45,470 bases of DNA from Candidatus Methylomirabilales bacterium (GCA_046758505.1 JBHIAH010000016.1:1-45470), one strand, 5' to 3'. Shown: positions 16,613 to 27,073, numbered from the stretch's first letter. Translations and numbers: made by a program. Notes: generated by a model not told the origin, from the sequence alone.

Positions 16613-17812
16613 ATGGGCACCAAGTCTCAATCCGGAGGGGCCGTGCGACCCTTCCTGGTCTTGGGTATGTGTATTCTTCTCGTGTATGGGTGTCCGAAGA
16701 AAGCGCCCGAACGCGCGGACCTTGGAGACCCACTGGTAGGTCTTTCACCGGAACACGTGGAGCGGTTTGAGGCGGGGAAGATTGCCTTTGAACGCACCGT
16801 TGCGCCAGAAGAGGGTCTGGGTCCGTTATTCAATGCCGAAGGATGCGCCGCGTGTCACGCCGAGCCGCTGTCGGGCGGCAGCAGTGTCATGGCAGAGGTG
16901 CATGCGACGAGATTCGCCGCTCCGGACACGTGCGACCCCCTCTTTCAAGAAGGGGGACCTGTGATTCAACAGCGGGCGACGCCGTTGTTGGAGGCACGGG
17001 GCATTGGGAAAGAACAGATTCCCGTCAGTGCCACGAGCCGGGCCCTCCGAACGACCCCCCCACTCTTTGGTTTTGGGTTGGTCAACGGGATTCCAGAAGA
17101 AAGCATTCTTGCTCACGCAGACCCCGACGATACGAATCGAGACGGAATAGCGGGCCGTGCCAACCGCTTTATCGATGGTCGGCTGGGCCGGTTTGGCCGC
17201 AAGGCATTTATTCCAACCCTCTTTGAATTTAACGCCGGTGCCTTTCCCATCGAGCAGGGCATGACCACTCCATTACAACCGGTCGAAGAGACCATCAATG
17301 GTCAACCCGTTCCCCCGGAGACGGACCCGATCCCTGAGCCTGAAGTCCCATTGAGCGAAATTGAAGCCGTCACGAATTTTACACGATTCCTTGCCCCGCC
17401 ACCGCGAGCGCGGGTTGAAGATGCCGCGGAGAAGGCCATGGTGAAACGGGGCGAAGGGGTCTTCAAGACAATTGGGTGTGCCGCCTGCCATATCCCGTCC
17501 TTGCAAACGGGCCCGAGCAACATTCCAGCACTCAACAGGCAGACCGTTTTCTTGTATTCGGATTTGCTGCTGCACGATATGGGGCCTGGTCTCGCGGATA
17601 TCTGCCTAGGGCTTGCCACCCCTGCTGAGTTTCGCACGGAATTATTAATGGGTTTGCGCTTTCGGCGGCAGTTTTTGCACGATGGGAGCGCACGGACCGT
17701 TCGAGAGGCGATTGAACGCCACAGTGGAGAGGGAGACGCATCTCGACGGGCCTTCGAACACTTGAAACAAGAGGAGAGGAAAGCCCTCCTCAGGTTCTTG
17801 GACACCATTTAG
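16613..17812 (+). CDS. Di-heme oxidoreductase (DHOR-like) c-type cytochrome lipoprotein
   Basis: Lipobox-like VYGC; GLGPLFN, two CAACH heme motifs, GRFGRKA, SDLLLHDMG and FLHDG. Confidence 0.88.
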   Translation: MGTKSQSGGAVRPFLVLGMCILLVYGCPKKAPERADLGDPLVGLSPEHVERFEAGKIAFERTVAPEEGLGPLFNAEGCAACHAEPLSGGSSVMAEVHATRFAAPDTCDPLFQEGGPVIQQRATPLLEARGIGKEQIPVSATSRALRTTPPLFGFGLVNGIPEESILAHADPDDTNRDGIAGRANRFIDGRLGRFGRKAFIPTLFEFNAGAFPIEQGMTTPLQPVEETINGQPVPPETDPIPEPEVPLSEIEAVTNFTRFLAPPPRARVEDAAEKAMVKRGEGVFKTIGCAACHIPSLQTGPSNIPALNRQTVFLYSDLLLHDMGPGLADICLGLATPAEFRTELLMGLRFRRQFLHDGSARTVREAIERHSGEGDASRRAFEHLKQEERKALLRFLDTI

Positions 17813-17875
17813 GGTGAGAAGCGCTCTCGCCTGGTAAGGCCGGGCAGTACGCCGCACTATCTTTCGAAGGAGCGA

Positions 17876-18226
17876 GTGATGGAGAGCTTGATGAAAGCCG
17901 TCATCGTGATGTTGTCCTTGGCCATCATCGTCGGATCTGCCGTTCAGGGATCAGAAATCGATCGGCTGAAGTCTGATCTGATCGGGAGAACCATGGGGGG
18001 GAGAGAGAAGGGATGGAAATTTCAATCCCCGTCCCAGATCAGGACGCTGATTATAAATGATACATGGCGAGATGTGCACCGACGGGTCTACGTGATCACC
18101 GTAACCTTACAGGATCCGGCTGTCCCCGGAGCCTACAGGGCGGAGGCCGAGGTGACCTATGAAAGAGTAGATTCACGGTGGGACCTCAGGGGTGTCGGTT
18201 TGAGGTCCCTCGTGAAGATCGAGTAG
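17876..18226 (+). CDS. Small secreted hypothetical protein
   Basis: AAGGAG RBS and N-terminal signal peptide. Confidence 0.7.
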   Translation: MMESLMKAVIVMLSLAIIVGSAVQGSEIDRLKSDLIGRTMGGREKGWKFQSPSQIRTLIINDTWRDVHRRVYVITVTLQDPAVPGAYRAEAEVTYERVDSRWDLRGVGLRSLVKIE

Positions 18227-18555
18227 TCCCCCCCCTCCCACGGATTGTACGGTACGTCGACTCTCTTCAGGAGAATGCGGTCCGCCGCCGGGTGGTGAAT
18301 CCCTGGGCCCGGTAATGCCTTCGCCGACGCCCATTGACGCCCTGCCTCTCGCCACGCCCTTCTCCGGGGTGGCGATCCTTGGACCCCCCTGAAAAGCCTT
18401 ACCGCCTTGGTCTGCGCCGAGATCCTGAGGCCCAGAGCTCACACCCGATCGCTGACAGCTTCAAAATGGCTGGCCGTGGGCCGCCCACCATCTCCCCAGA
18501 GCCATGGATTGCCGGATCGCCCGGACCCTGCTATCTTTCCCCCACGGGGGGGAAC

Positions 18556-19473
18556 ATGGTTGAGGTTCCATCGGGCCATAGGGCTGGGTTTATTGCCGTG
18601 GTGGGACGGCCGAACGTGGGCAAGTCCACGCTGATCAACCGCCTGGTGGGTCAGAAGGTCGCTGTAGTCTCCGCGAAGCCCCAAACGACGCGCAACCGGA
18701 TTGCCGGTGTGAGGACGACCGGACCGCACCAGATGATCTTCTTGGACACCCCGGGTATTCACCACGCCGAAACCCTCTTCAATCGTGAAATGGTCAGGCT
18801 CGCGCTGAAGACCTTGGAGGGGGTAGACCTCATTCTGTGGATGATTGATGCCTCCGATCCCCTCTCCGACGAAGATCGGCTGATTGAGAGACATCTGAGG
18901 GAGGCCCACGGCCCAGTTATCGTTACCCTAAATAAAGTAGACCTGGTCAGGCCGAAGCACGACCTGCTCCCCCTGATGGAGCAATGTCAAAAGCTGATGC
19001 CGGCCAGCGAGGTGATCCCCATCTCGGCGACGGAGGGGATCAATCTGGACCGGTTGGGGCAGGTGCTCCTCAGATATCTTCCGGAGGCCCCTCCGTATTT
19101 TCCTCCCGAGCAGGCGACGGATCAGCCTCAGTATCTGTTAGTGGCTGAGATTATCCGGGAAAAGGTCTTCCAGCTGGTCCATCAGGAGGTCCCCTACGCG
19201 GTGGCGGTCCAGGTAGACGAGATGGAGGAACGGGAGGAGGAGGGGCTGGTGGATATCCAGGCCACCATCTACGTGGAAAAGGATTCCCAAAGGGGGATCA
19301 TGATTGGAGCGGGCGGCCAGATGCTTAAAAAGATTGGGCAACAGGCTCGCCACGACATCGAGGCGCTCCTCGGGAAGCGGATCTACCTTGGCCTCTGGGT
19401 TAAGGTCCGGAAGGACTGGCGGAAGGATAGGGAGGCCCTCCGTCGCTTCGGCTTCCTGCAAGGGCCCGGATGA
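18556..19473 (+). CDS. era: GTPase Era
   Basis: GRPNVGKS, QTTR, DTPG, NKVD, EVPY and KH-domain IGAGG motifs. Confidence 0.97.
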   Translation: MVEVPSGHRAGFIAVVGRPNVGKSTLINRLVGQKVAVVSAKPQTTRNRIAGVRTTGPHQMIFLDTPGIHHAETLFNREMVRLALKTLEGVDLILWMIDASDPLSDEDRLIERHLREAHGPVIVTLNKVDLVRPKHDLLPLMEQCQKLMPASEVIPISATEGINLDRLGQVLLRYLPEAPPYFPPEQATDQPQYLLVAEIIREKVFQLVHQEVPYAVAVQVDEMEEREEEGLVDIQATIYVEKDSQRGIMIGAGGQMLKKIGQQARHDIEALLGKRIYLGLWVKVRKDWRKDREALRRFGFLQGPG

Positions 19474-19743
19474 GGCGCGATCGAGGGGTCGATGAGCAAG
19501 CGTGAGTGGCACAAGTACCGCCACGCCGGAGCCCGATCGGGGGCCACGCGACCCGCGCGCGCGGGACCGGCCCCGCGACGGACCGCGTCCCGGACCGCGA
19601 GGAGGAGGAAAGTGTCGAAAATGTAAGGCAGAGAGCGCCGAGCTTTTCCTTTTGCCCTATGAGGCCTTGTGGTAGGATATGGGCCACTCCATGGGGGAGA
19701 GGAGCGTGTGCTCGGTGAAGTTTGGGTGGTCGAGGAGGCGGAA

Positions 19744-21156
19744 ATGCAAGACGTCTGCGCCGTGATCTTAGCCGCTGGCGAGGGGACCCGAATGCGATCC
19801 CGGAGCGCGAAGGTTCTCCACCCCCTCCTGGGCCAGCCCCTTGTGCACTATCCGGTGGATCTCTGCCTGCGCCTGGGGGTGAAAAGGGTGCTGGTGGTTG
19901 TGGCTGCGCAAGCAGAGGCCGTGAAGCAGGCCCTGGACGGGCGGCCGGTTGAGTTTGTTCACCAGGGCGAACCCAAGGGGACGGCCCACGCCCTTCGGCG
20001 GACGGAAGAGGGACTGCGGGGGTTTCGGGGGTGCGTCCTGGTCCTGGCCGGCGATGTGCCCCTCCTTCGGGACGAGACCGTCCGGCAGCTGGTGGAGGCG
20101 CACGAATCGGCGGCCGCGGCCGCAACGCTCCTGACCGCCCGGATGGATAACCCGGCCGGTTATGGCCGGATTGTCCGCGACCGCCAGGGGCGGCTCCGCC
20201 GCATCGTGGAGGAGGTCGAGGCCAAAGAAAAAGAACAACGCATTCCCGAGATCAATGCGGGGCTATACTGCTTCGCCGCTCCGGCCATCTTCCGGGCCCT
20301 GGAGCAGGTCAAGGCTTCTCCGGTCAAGGGTGAGTACTTCCTCCCAGAGGTCGTGCAGGTCTTCCTCCGGGCGGGGCGGCCGGTTCACACTCTCCTGGCC
20401 GCCGATCCCACGGAGGTGCTCGGGATCAACACGCGGGTGGAGCTGGCGCAGGCGGCGACGGTCCTCCGGCGGCGGGTCCACGAACGCCTCATGGTGGAAG
20501 GCGTGACACTCCTCGACCCCCAGGCCACGTACATCGATGACACGGTCCACATCGGGCCGGATACGGTCATCTACCCGGGGGTCTGTCTTGAGGGGGCGAC
20601 GACGATCGGGGAGGGGTGCGTCGTTTATGGGAACTGCCGGATCCACAACTCACATCTGGGCGACCACGTCGCGGTGCTGGACGGCTCCGTCATCTTGGAG
20701 AGCGAGGTGGCGGAGGGGTGCGTGGTCGGCCCCTATGCCCATCTGCGCCCGCAGAGCCGGCTCAGGCGCAAGGCCAAGGTGGGCAATTTCTGCGAGGTGA
20801 AAAAGGCGGTGATCGGCGAGGGGTCCAAGGTCCCGCACCTGGCATATGTCGGGGACGCGACGCTGGGGGAAAAGGTCAATATCGGGGCGGGGACGATTAC
20901 CTGTAATTACGACGGCTTCGCCAAACATCAGACCGTTATTGAAGATGAGGTCTTTGTCGGGAGCAACACGAACCTGGTGGCCCCGGTGACGGTCGGGCAG
21001 GGGGCGATCATTGCGGCGGGTTCCACCATCACCGAGGCGGTGCCCCCGGATGCAGTGGCCTTCGGGCGGGCCCCCCAGGTCACCAAGGAGGGGCGGGCGG
21101 CCGCGACCCGCAAGAAGCGGCAGGCCATGGCGCCCCCCAAAGATGACGATGACTGA
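19744..21156 (+). CDS. glmU: Bifunctional UDP-GlcNAc pyrophosphorylase / GlcN-1-P acetyltransferase
   Basis: ILAAGEGTRM, GYGRI, hexapeptide repeats, GNFCEVK and TCNYDG. Confidence 0.97.
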   Translation: MQDVCAVILAAGEGTRMRSRSAKVLHPLLGQPLVHYPVDLCLRLGVKRVLVVVAAQAEAVKQALDGRPVEFVHQGEPKGTAHALRRTEEGLRGFRGCVLVLAGDVPLLRDETVRQLVEAHESAAAAATLLTARMDNPAGYGRIVRDRQGRLRRIVEEVEAKEKEQRIPEINAGLYCFAAPAIFRALEQVKASPVKGEYFLPEVVQVFLRAGRPVHTLLAADPTEVLGINTRVELAQAATVLRRRVHERLMVEGVTLLDPQATYIDDTVHIGPDTVIYPGVCLEGATTIGEGCVVYGNCRIHNSHLGDHVAVLDGSVILESEVAEGCVVGPYAHLRPQSRLRRKAKVGNFCEVKKAVIGEGSKVPHLAYVGDATLGEKVNIGAGTITCNYDGFAKHQTVIEDEVFVGSNTNLVAPVTVGQGAIIAAGSTITEAVPPDAVAFGRAPQVTKEGRAAATRKKRQAMAPPKDDDD

Positions 21157-21170
21157 TGACTGAGGGCTGA
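21150..21170 (+). repeat. Degenerate heptamer array at the glmU-glmS junction
   Basis: TGACTGA TGACTGA GGGCTGA. Confidence 0.5.
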
Positions 21171-21190
21171 TCGCGAGAGGTCGAGCGGGC

Positions 21191-23020
21191 ATGTGCGGGA
21201 TTATCGGATATGTGGGTCCGAAGAACGTAGTGCCGGTCCTCCTGGATGGATTGAAGCGGCTCGAGTACCGGGGCTACGATTCGGCAGGCGTGGCCTTCCT
21301 GCAGCAGGGGGTGCTCCAGATCTACCGGAGTGTGGGGAAGATCAAGGAGCTGGAAAATAACCTGTGGGGTCGACAACTCGGGGGGGAGATCGGCATCGGC
21401 CATACCCGCTGGGCGACCCATGGTCGCCCTTCCGAGCAAAACGCCCATCCGCATGTGGACTGCACCGGCGAGATCGTGCTGGTACACAACGGCATCATTG
21501 AGAACTACGTGCCCCTGAAAGAGAAACTGGTTGCCGAGGGGCATCGATTCACGTCGGATACCGACACCGAGGTGATTGTGCATCTCATCGAGAAATACCT
21601 CGAAGGCGACCTGGAGGAGGCGGTGCGGAGCGCCCTCCGAGAGGTGTCGGGGGCGTATGCCATCGCGGTCATGTGGAAGGGGGACGCGGACCGAATCGTG
21701 GGGGCCAAAAGTTCCAGCCCGCTGGTGGTGGGGTTGGGAGAGGGGGAGTTCCTCGTGGCGTCGGATATCCCTGCGCTGATCGCCCACACGCGGAATGTCC
21801 TGTTTCTCGAGGATCAGGAGATCGCGGTGATCAGCCGGGAGGGGGTGACGCTCAGCACGGTGGAGGGGGAGGCGGTCCATCGCCCGGTTGAGCGGGTGCC
21901 CTGGAGCCCCATCCTCGTGGAAAAGGGGGGCTATAAGCATTTCATGCTGAAAGAGATCTATGAACAGCCGCGGGCCATTCGCGATACGATCCTGGGGCGC
22001 TACTCCTTGGAGGCGGGTGAGATTTATCTCGACGGGATGGAGGCGGTGGAGGACATCCTCCCCCGCATTCAGCGAGTGGTGTTGGTGGCATGTGGCACGT
22101 CCTGGCATGCAGCACTCGTGGCGAAGTATCTCCTGGAAGAGCTCGGCCGAATCCCGGTAGAGGTGGATTATGGCTCCGAGTTTCGCTATCGGGATCTCAT
22201 CCTCGGTCCGGAAACCCTGGTCCTCACCATCAGCCAGTCCGGGGAGACCTTAGACACCCTGGTTGCGCTTCGGGAGGCCAAGAGGCGTGGGTGCCAGGTG
22301 GTCTCGATCGTCAATGTAGTGGGAAGCTCCATCGCCCGGGAGAGTGATGGCGTGTTCTATACCCATGCCGGACCGGAGATCGGGGTGGCCTCGACCAAAG
22401 CCTTCACCGCCCAGCTCGCCGCCCTGTATCTCTTTGCGCTGTATCTCGGGCGACGCCGGGGATGCCTGGACGCGGCGCGCGTGCAGGAGCTGCTGGGCGC
22501 GCTCTTGCGTTTGCCTCAGTTGGCGGAAGAGGTCATGCGCTGCGATGACGTGATCGAGCGACTCAGCCAGTTGAGCTCTTCGTATACCGACTTCCTCTTC
22601 CTCGGGCGGGGGATCAATTACCCCATTGCGCTGGAGGGGGCCTTGAAGCTCAAGGAGATCTCGTACATCCACGCCGAGGGATATCCGGCGGGGGAGATGA
22701 AGCATGGGCCCATCGCCCTGATTGACGCCAGAATGCCGGTGGTCATGCTTGCCCCGCAAGATCGGACCCACGCCAAGATTCTTGCGAATATCCAGGAGGT
22801 CAAGGCGAGAGGGGGAATTGTCATCGCCGTGGGGACCCAGGACGATACCGATCTTCCCCCCCGGGTCGATCACTACGTGGCCATCCCGTCAGCCAGTCCG
22901 CATCTGACCCCGATCCTAATGGTGATCCCCCTACAGCTGCTCGCCTACCACATCGCCGTACACAAGGGCTGTGATGTCGACCAACCGCGGAATCTGGCCA
23001 AGAGTGTAACCGTGGAGTAA
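21191..23020 (+). CDS. glmS: Glutamine--fructose-6-phosphate transaminase
   Basis: MCGI, GHTRWATHG, SQSGET, EMKHGP and PRNLAKSVTVE. Confidence 0.99.
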   Translation: MCGIIGYVGPKNVVPVLLDGLKRLEYRGYDSAGVAFLQQGVLQIYRSVGKIKELENNLWGRQLGGEIGIGHTRWATHGRPSEQNAHPHVDCTGEIVLVHNGIIENYVPLKEKLVAEGHRFTSDTDTEVIVHLIEKYLEGDLEEAVRSALREVSGAYAIAVMWKGDADRIVGAKSSSPLVVGLGEGEFLVASDIPALIAHTRNVLFLEDQEIAVISREGVTLSTVEGEAVHRPVERVPWSPILVEKGGYKHFMLKEIYEQPRAIRDTILGRYSLEAGEIYLDGMEAVEDILPRIQRVVLVACGTSWHAALVAKYLLEELGRIPVEVDYGSEFRYRDLILGPETLVLTISQSGETLDTLVALREAKRRGCQVVSIVNVVGSSIARESDGVFYTHAGPEIGVASTKAFTAQLAALYLFALYLGRRRGCLDAARVQELLGALLRLPQLAEEVMRCDDVIERLSQLSSSYTDFLFLGRGINYPIALEGALKLKEISYIHAEGYPAGEMKHGPIALIDARMPVVMLAPQDRTHAKILANIQEVKARGGIVIAVGTQDDTDLPPRVDHYVAIPSASPHLTPILMVIPLQLLAYHIAVHKGCDVDQPRNLAKSVTVE

Positions 23021-23101
23021 GCAGGGGAAGCAACCGGGCCGGCTTCGCGGTGGCACGGAATTGGGTTGGACTCTCCGAAGGCTGGGAGGCCGATATCGCG
23101 C

Positions 23102-24868
23102 ATGGCCGAGGAGAAGGAAGAGCAAAGAGAATCGCCTGGGAGTCTCCGGCGCGCGCTTCTCGATCTCGCCTACCATCCCCGCATCCCGGAAGGGGCTTAT
23201 CTGACCGTGGTGTCTGTCCTTGTGGGACTGACGACCGGTCTGGGGTGCGTGGTCTTTTTTAAGCTGCTCGCGCACACCCATTACCTTTTCTTCGAGGTCG
23301 GCCGCGAGGTGTTCACCCCTGCGGGGAGCTACTACGTCATTCTCCTTCCGGCGATCGGGGGCCTCATCGTCGGTCCAGTCATCTATCGCATCGCCCAGGA
23401 GGTCAAGGGAGGCGGCGTCCCCGAGGTCATGGCCGCCATGGCGGTGAAGGGGGGGCGGATGCGGAGGCGGGTGGCCTTTGTCAAGATCCTGGCCTCTGCC
23501 GTCACCATCGGCTCGGGCGGCTCGGCCGGGCGAGAGGGACCCAGTGTGCAGATCGGGGGCGGGATCGGCTCCATGGTGGGGCAATTTCTGAAGATGTCCG
23601 ACGACCGGATCAAGACGCTGGTCGCGGCGGGAGCCGCGGCGGGGATCGCCGCGGCCTTTAACGCCCCGATCGCCGGCGCCATGTTTTCCTTGGAGATTCT
23701 CATGGGGCATGTGGGACTCGACTTCAGTCTCGTGGTCCTCGCCTCGGTATCCTCGGCCATCGTCTCTCGTGCCATGCTGGGCAATTTTCCGGCTTTCACT
23801 GTTCCACCGTACCGCCTCCTGAGCGTGACCGAGATGCCGTTGTCTCTCCTGCTCGGCATTCTCGCCGGCTTAACCGCGGTGGCCTCGGTGCGGCTTCTCT
23901 ACCGGGTCGAGCGCCTCTTCGACGACTGGCGTTTTCCCTCGCACTGGAAGCCTGCGGTGGGGGGCCTCATCGTGGGGGTGATTGGGTTCTTCCTCCCCCA
24001 GATCTTGGGGACAAGTTTCTCGGCGATGGAAGACACGCTGAATGGAAGGATCCCCTTCCTGCTCATGGCGGTCCTCATCTTCGGCAAGATGGTGGGCACC
24101 TCATTGACTTTGGGCTCGGGCGGGTCCGGCGGGGACCTGGCTCCCCTCCTCTTCATTGGGGCGGTACTGGGAGGGGCCTACGGTCACATCGTGCACGGGA
24201 TCTTTCCGAGCTTTACGCCGGACGTGGGGGCCTATGCCCTGGTCGGGATGGGGGCGGTTTTCGGCGGGGCGGCCCTGGCCCCGATCACTGCCATCATGCT
24301 GATCTTCGAGATGACCGGTGACTACCACATCATCCTCCCCGTCATGGCCAGTACGGTGATCAGTACGCTCATTTACAGTGTGTGGCACAAAGAGACCATC
24401 TACACATTGAAGGTGGTGAGCCAAGGCATTCGGTTCTGGGCGGGGCGGGACGTGGACGTCATGGCTGCCACGGCAGTGCGGGAGGCCATGACCCATCGAC
24501 TCCTCTGGGTGCCTGAGGAGATGACCGTGGAGGGCTTCCTACGGCAGTCCGCCGAGGAACACCATGAGTGGTTCCCGGTGTTAAACCAGTCCGGCGAACT
24601 CGCGGGGGTGATCACGGCCCAGGACGTGCAGAAAGCCTTGGGCAATGGAGACCTGGACGCCACGGTGGGGGAGCTGGCCACCCGGGATGTGGTGACCGTG
24701 ACCCCGAACAACACCCTCCATGATGTCCTCGTCCGCTTCCACGTGCGGGACCTGGGACATTTGCCGGTGGTGGACCCGGACAACTCCAGGAAGTTGTTGG
24801 GAATCATCTCGCGCGCACACATCGTCCGTGCCTATAATCGAGCCCTGATCAGCAAGCATCTTCTCTGA
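23102..24868 (+). CDS. CLC-family anion channel/transporter with a CBS pair
   Basis: GREGP, FNAPIAG, multiple TMs and C-terminal CBS domains. Confidence 0.93.
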   Translation: MAEEKEEQRESPGSLRRALLDLAYHPRIPEGAYLTVVSVLVGLTTGLGCVVFFKLLAHTHYLFFEVGREVFTPAGSYYVILLPAIGGLIVGPVIYRIAQEVKGGGVPEVMAAMAVKGGRMRRRVAFVKILASAVTIGSGGSAGREGPSVQIGGGIGSMVGQFLKMSDDRIKTLVAAGAAAGIAAAFNAPIAGAMFSLEILMGHVGLDFSLVVLASVSSAIVSRAMLGNFPAFTVPPYRLLSVTEMPLSLLLGILAGLTAVASVRLLYRVERLFDDWRFPSHWKPAVGGLIVGVIGFFLPQILGTSFSAMEDTLNGRIPFLLMAVLIFGKMVGTSLTLGSGGSGGDLAPLLFIGAVLGGAYGHIVHGIFPSFTPDVGAYALVGMGAVFGGAALAPITAIMLIFEMTGDYHIILPVMASTVISTLIYSVWHKETIYTLKVVSQGIRFWAGRDVDVMAATAVREAMTHRLLWVPEEMTVEGFLRQSAEEHHEWFPVLNQSGELAGVITAQDVQKALGNGDLDATVGELATRDVVTVTPNNTLHDVLVRFHVRDLGHLPVVDPDNSRKLLGIISRAHIVRAYNRALISKHLL

Positions 24869-24880
24869 TCTTTCCCGAGA

Positions 24881-27073
24881 GTGCCGGTGAATGCTGAAGC
24901 GTCCCTGACCGAGCTGAACCCGCCGCAGCGGGAGGCGGTCCTCCATACCGAGGGCCCCCTCCTCATCCTGGCCGGGGCCGGGTCGGGGAAGACGCGTGTT
25001 ATCACGCACCGGATCGCCTACCTCATCGGCAGGCTGCACATTCGCCCTTCGAATGTCCTGGCAGTCACCTTCACCAACAAGGCGGCCGAGGAGATGCGTG
25101 AGCGGGTGGCCGCGCTCCTGGGGCCCGAGGGACTGCACGTCTGGGTGGGGACTTTCCATGCCACCTGTGTGAAGATCCTGAGGAAGAATGCCCAACACCT
25201 GGGTGTCCGTTCGTCTTTCCTCATCTACGACGAGGGCGATCAGCTTGCCCTCCTCCGGGAGTGCCTCAAGGAGTTAGATCTGAGCGAGCGGGTGATCCAT
25301 CCGAAGGTGATCCGGGCGAGGATCAGTCGGGCCAAGAATGATCTCCTGACCCCGGCGGAGTTTGCCGCCCAGGCGGCCGACTACCTTGAAGAACGCGTCG
25401 CCAGGGTGTATTACCGATACCAGGCAGCGCTCCAGAGAAATGGGGCTCTCGATTTTGACGATCTCTTGATGGAGACCGTCCGGCTGTTCGTGGAGCGGCC
25501 GCTGATCCTCAGCGCCTACCGGGAGCTGTGGCGTTACATCATGGTCGATGAGTATCAGGATACCAATCATGCCCAGTACCGGTTAGTCCGCCTGCTGGCC
25601 GAGCAGCACCAGAACCTGGCCGTGGTGGGGGATGACGATCAGTCGATTTACCGGTGGCGCGGGGCCGACCTTACGAATATTTTGGATTTTGAGCGGGACT
25701 ACCCGGTGTGCAGGGTGATCCGGCTCGAGCAAAACTATCGCTCGACCAAGCGCATCCTGGATGCGGCGTCTTCCATCATTGCTCAGAACCGGGGCCGGAA
25801 GGAAAAAAGGCTTTGGACCGAAAACGAGGAGGGAGCGCCGGTCGGTTTCTGCCACGCGAGGGATGAGGGGGATGAGGCGACCTTCATCGGTGAGACCATT
25901 CGGCACCTCGCGGCGCAGGAGGGATACAGCCTGGACGACTTCGCCGTCTTCTATCGCGTCAATGCCCAGTCCCGGGTTCTGGAAGATGCCCTGAGGCGGC
26001 TGGTCATGCCGTACGCCATCGTGGGGGGTCTGCGCTTCTACGAGCGCAAGGAGATTCGGGACCTCTTGGCGTATCTGCGGGTGATTGCCAACCCGGCCGA
26101 CTCGGTGAGTCTTCTCCGGGTGATGAACGTTCCCGCGAGAGGGATCGGCCGTGCGACATTGGACCGGCTCTCCGAATGTGCGGCGGGGAGGCAGATATCG
26201 CTGTGGGAGACCTGTCGGGAGATCGCAAAGGAAAGTCTGCTGCCACCGCGACAGCTGAAGGCTGTTGAGGAATTTCAGGCCCTCATCGGGCGGTTCATCG
26301 TTCGGCTGCGCGAGACCCCGGTGCCGGATTTGGTGTCTGCCCTCCTCCACGAAACCGGGTACTTGGCGCAATTGGAGCAGGAGGGAACGCCAGAAGCCTT
26401 GAGTCGAATCGAGAATCTGCGGGAGCTCGTCTCGGCTGCTCAAGACTTCGTCCAGCGGAGTGAAGACAGCTCCCTGCAAGCATTCCTGGATATGGTCGCG
26501 CTGCTCACCGACATGGACGAGGGGATGCGGGACACGCGGGGGAAGGTAACCCTGATGACGCTGCACATGGCCAAGGGATTGGAGTTTCCCGTGGTCTTTA
26601 TCGCAGGGATGGAAGAGGGAGTCTTTCCCCACGGTCGGGCTTACACGGACCCGGAAGAGCTCGAGGAGGAGCGACGCCTCTGCTACGTGGGGGTGACCCG
26701 GGCCAAGGAGCGCCTTTTCCTCACCGCGGCCGTGCAGCGACGACTATACGGTACAGAGAGCTTTAACATTCCCTCCCGGTTCTTGGAAGAAATTACGCCT
26801 CACCTTCTTCAGAGAATCGAGGCCCCCGCCGTCTCCTATGCGTCGCCTCTCGAGGGTGCTGATACGTCTCCCCTGCGGTACGAGGTGGAGGTGGACGCCA
26901 TGCCCTTCGTGGACTTCTACCAGGCGGGGATAAAGGTCAGGCATCCCGAATGGGGGGTGGGTCGGATCCGCGAGCGCATTGGCAATGGAGAGGACATGAA
27001 AGTCGTGGTGACGTTTCCTGGCATCGGGACGAAGAAGCTCCTGGTGAAGTACGCCCAGCTCACCCGGGTCTGA
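24881..27073 (+). CDS. pcrA: ATP-dependent DNA helicase PcrA/UvrD
   Basis: AGAGSGKT, DEYQDTN, GDDDQSIY, EQNYRS, AKGLEF, EEERRL and C-terminal Tudor-like domain. Confidence 0.97.
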   Translation: MPVNAEASLTELNPPQREAVLHTEGPLLILAGAGSGKTRVITHRIAYLIGRLHIRPSNVLAVTFTNKAAEEMRERVAALLGPEGLHVWVGTFHATCVKILRKNAQHLGVRSSFLIYDEGDQLALLRECLKELDLSERVIHPKVIRARISRAKNDLLTPAEFAAQAADYLEERVARVYYRYQAALQRNGALDFDDLLMETVRLFVERPLILSAYRELWRYIMVDEYQDTNHAQYRLVRLLAEQHQNLAVVGDDDQSIYRWRGADLTNILDFERDYPVCRVIRLEQNYRSTKRILDAASSIIAQNRGRKEKRLWTENEEGAPVGFCHARDEGDEATFIGETIRHLAAQEGYSLDDFAVFYRVNAQSRVLEDALRRLVMPYAIVGGLRFYERKEIRDLLAYLRVIANPADSVSLLRVMNVPARGIGRATLDRLSECAAGRQISLWETCREIAKESLLPPRQLKAVEEFQALIGRFIVRLRETPVPDLVSALLHETGYLAQLEQEGTPEALSRIENLRELVSAAQDFVQRSEDSSLQAFLDMVALLTDMDEGMRDTRGKVTLMTLHMAKGLEFPVVFIAGMEEGVFPHGRAYTDPEELEEERRLCYVGVTRAKERLFLTAAVQRRLYGTESFNIPSRFLEEITPHLLQRIEAPAVSYASPLEGADTSPLRYEVEVDAMPFVDFYQAGIKVRHPEWGVGRIRERIGNGEDMKVVVTFPGIGTKKLLVKYAQLTRV

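Noticed and set aside
19506..19521. GG-N10-GC site upstream of glmU
   Set aside because: The -12 element is CCGC rather than TTGC/NTGC; likely chance in GC-rich DNA.
21157..21190. glmS ribozyme
   Set aside because: Only 34 nt separate glmU and glmS, too short, and no consensus is present.
23021..23101. Fluoride riboswitch or CLC-F assignment, and a sigma-54-like TGGCACGGAATTGG
   Set aside because: No fluoride riboswitch consensus or GNNLI-type motif; the sigma-54-like site lacks GC at the required spacing.
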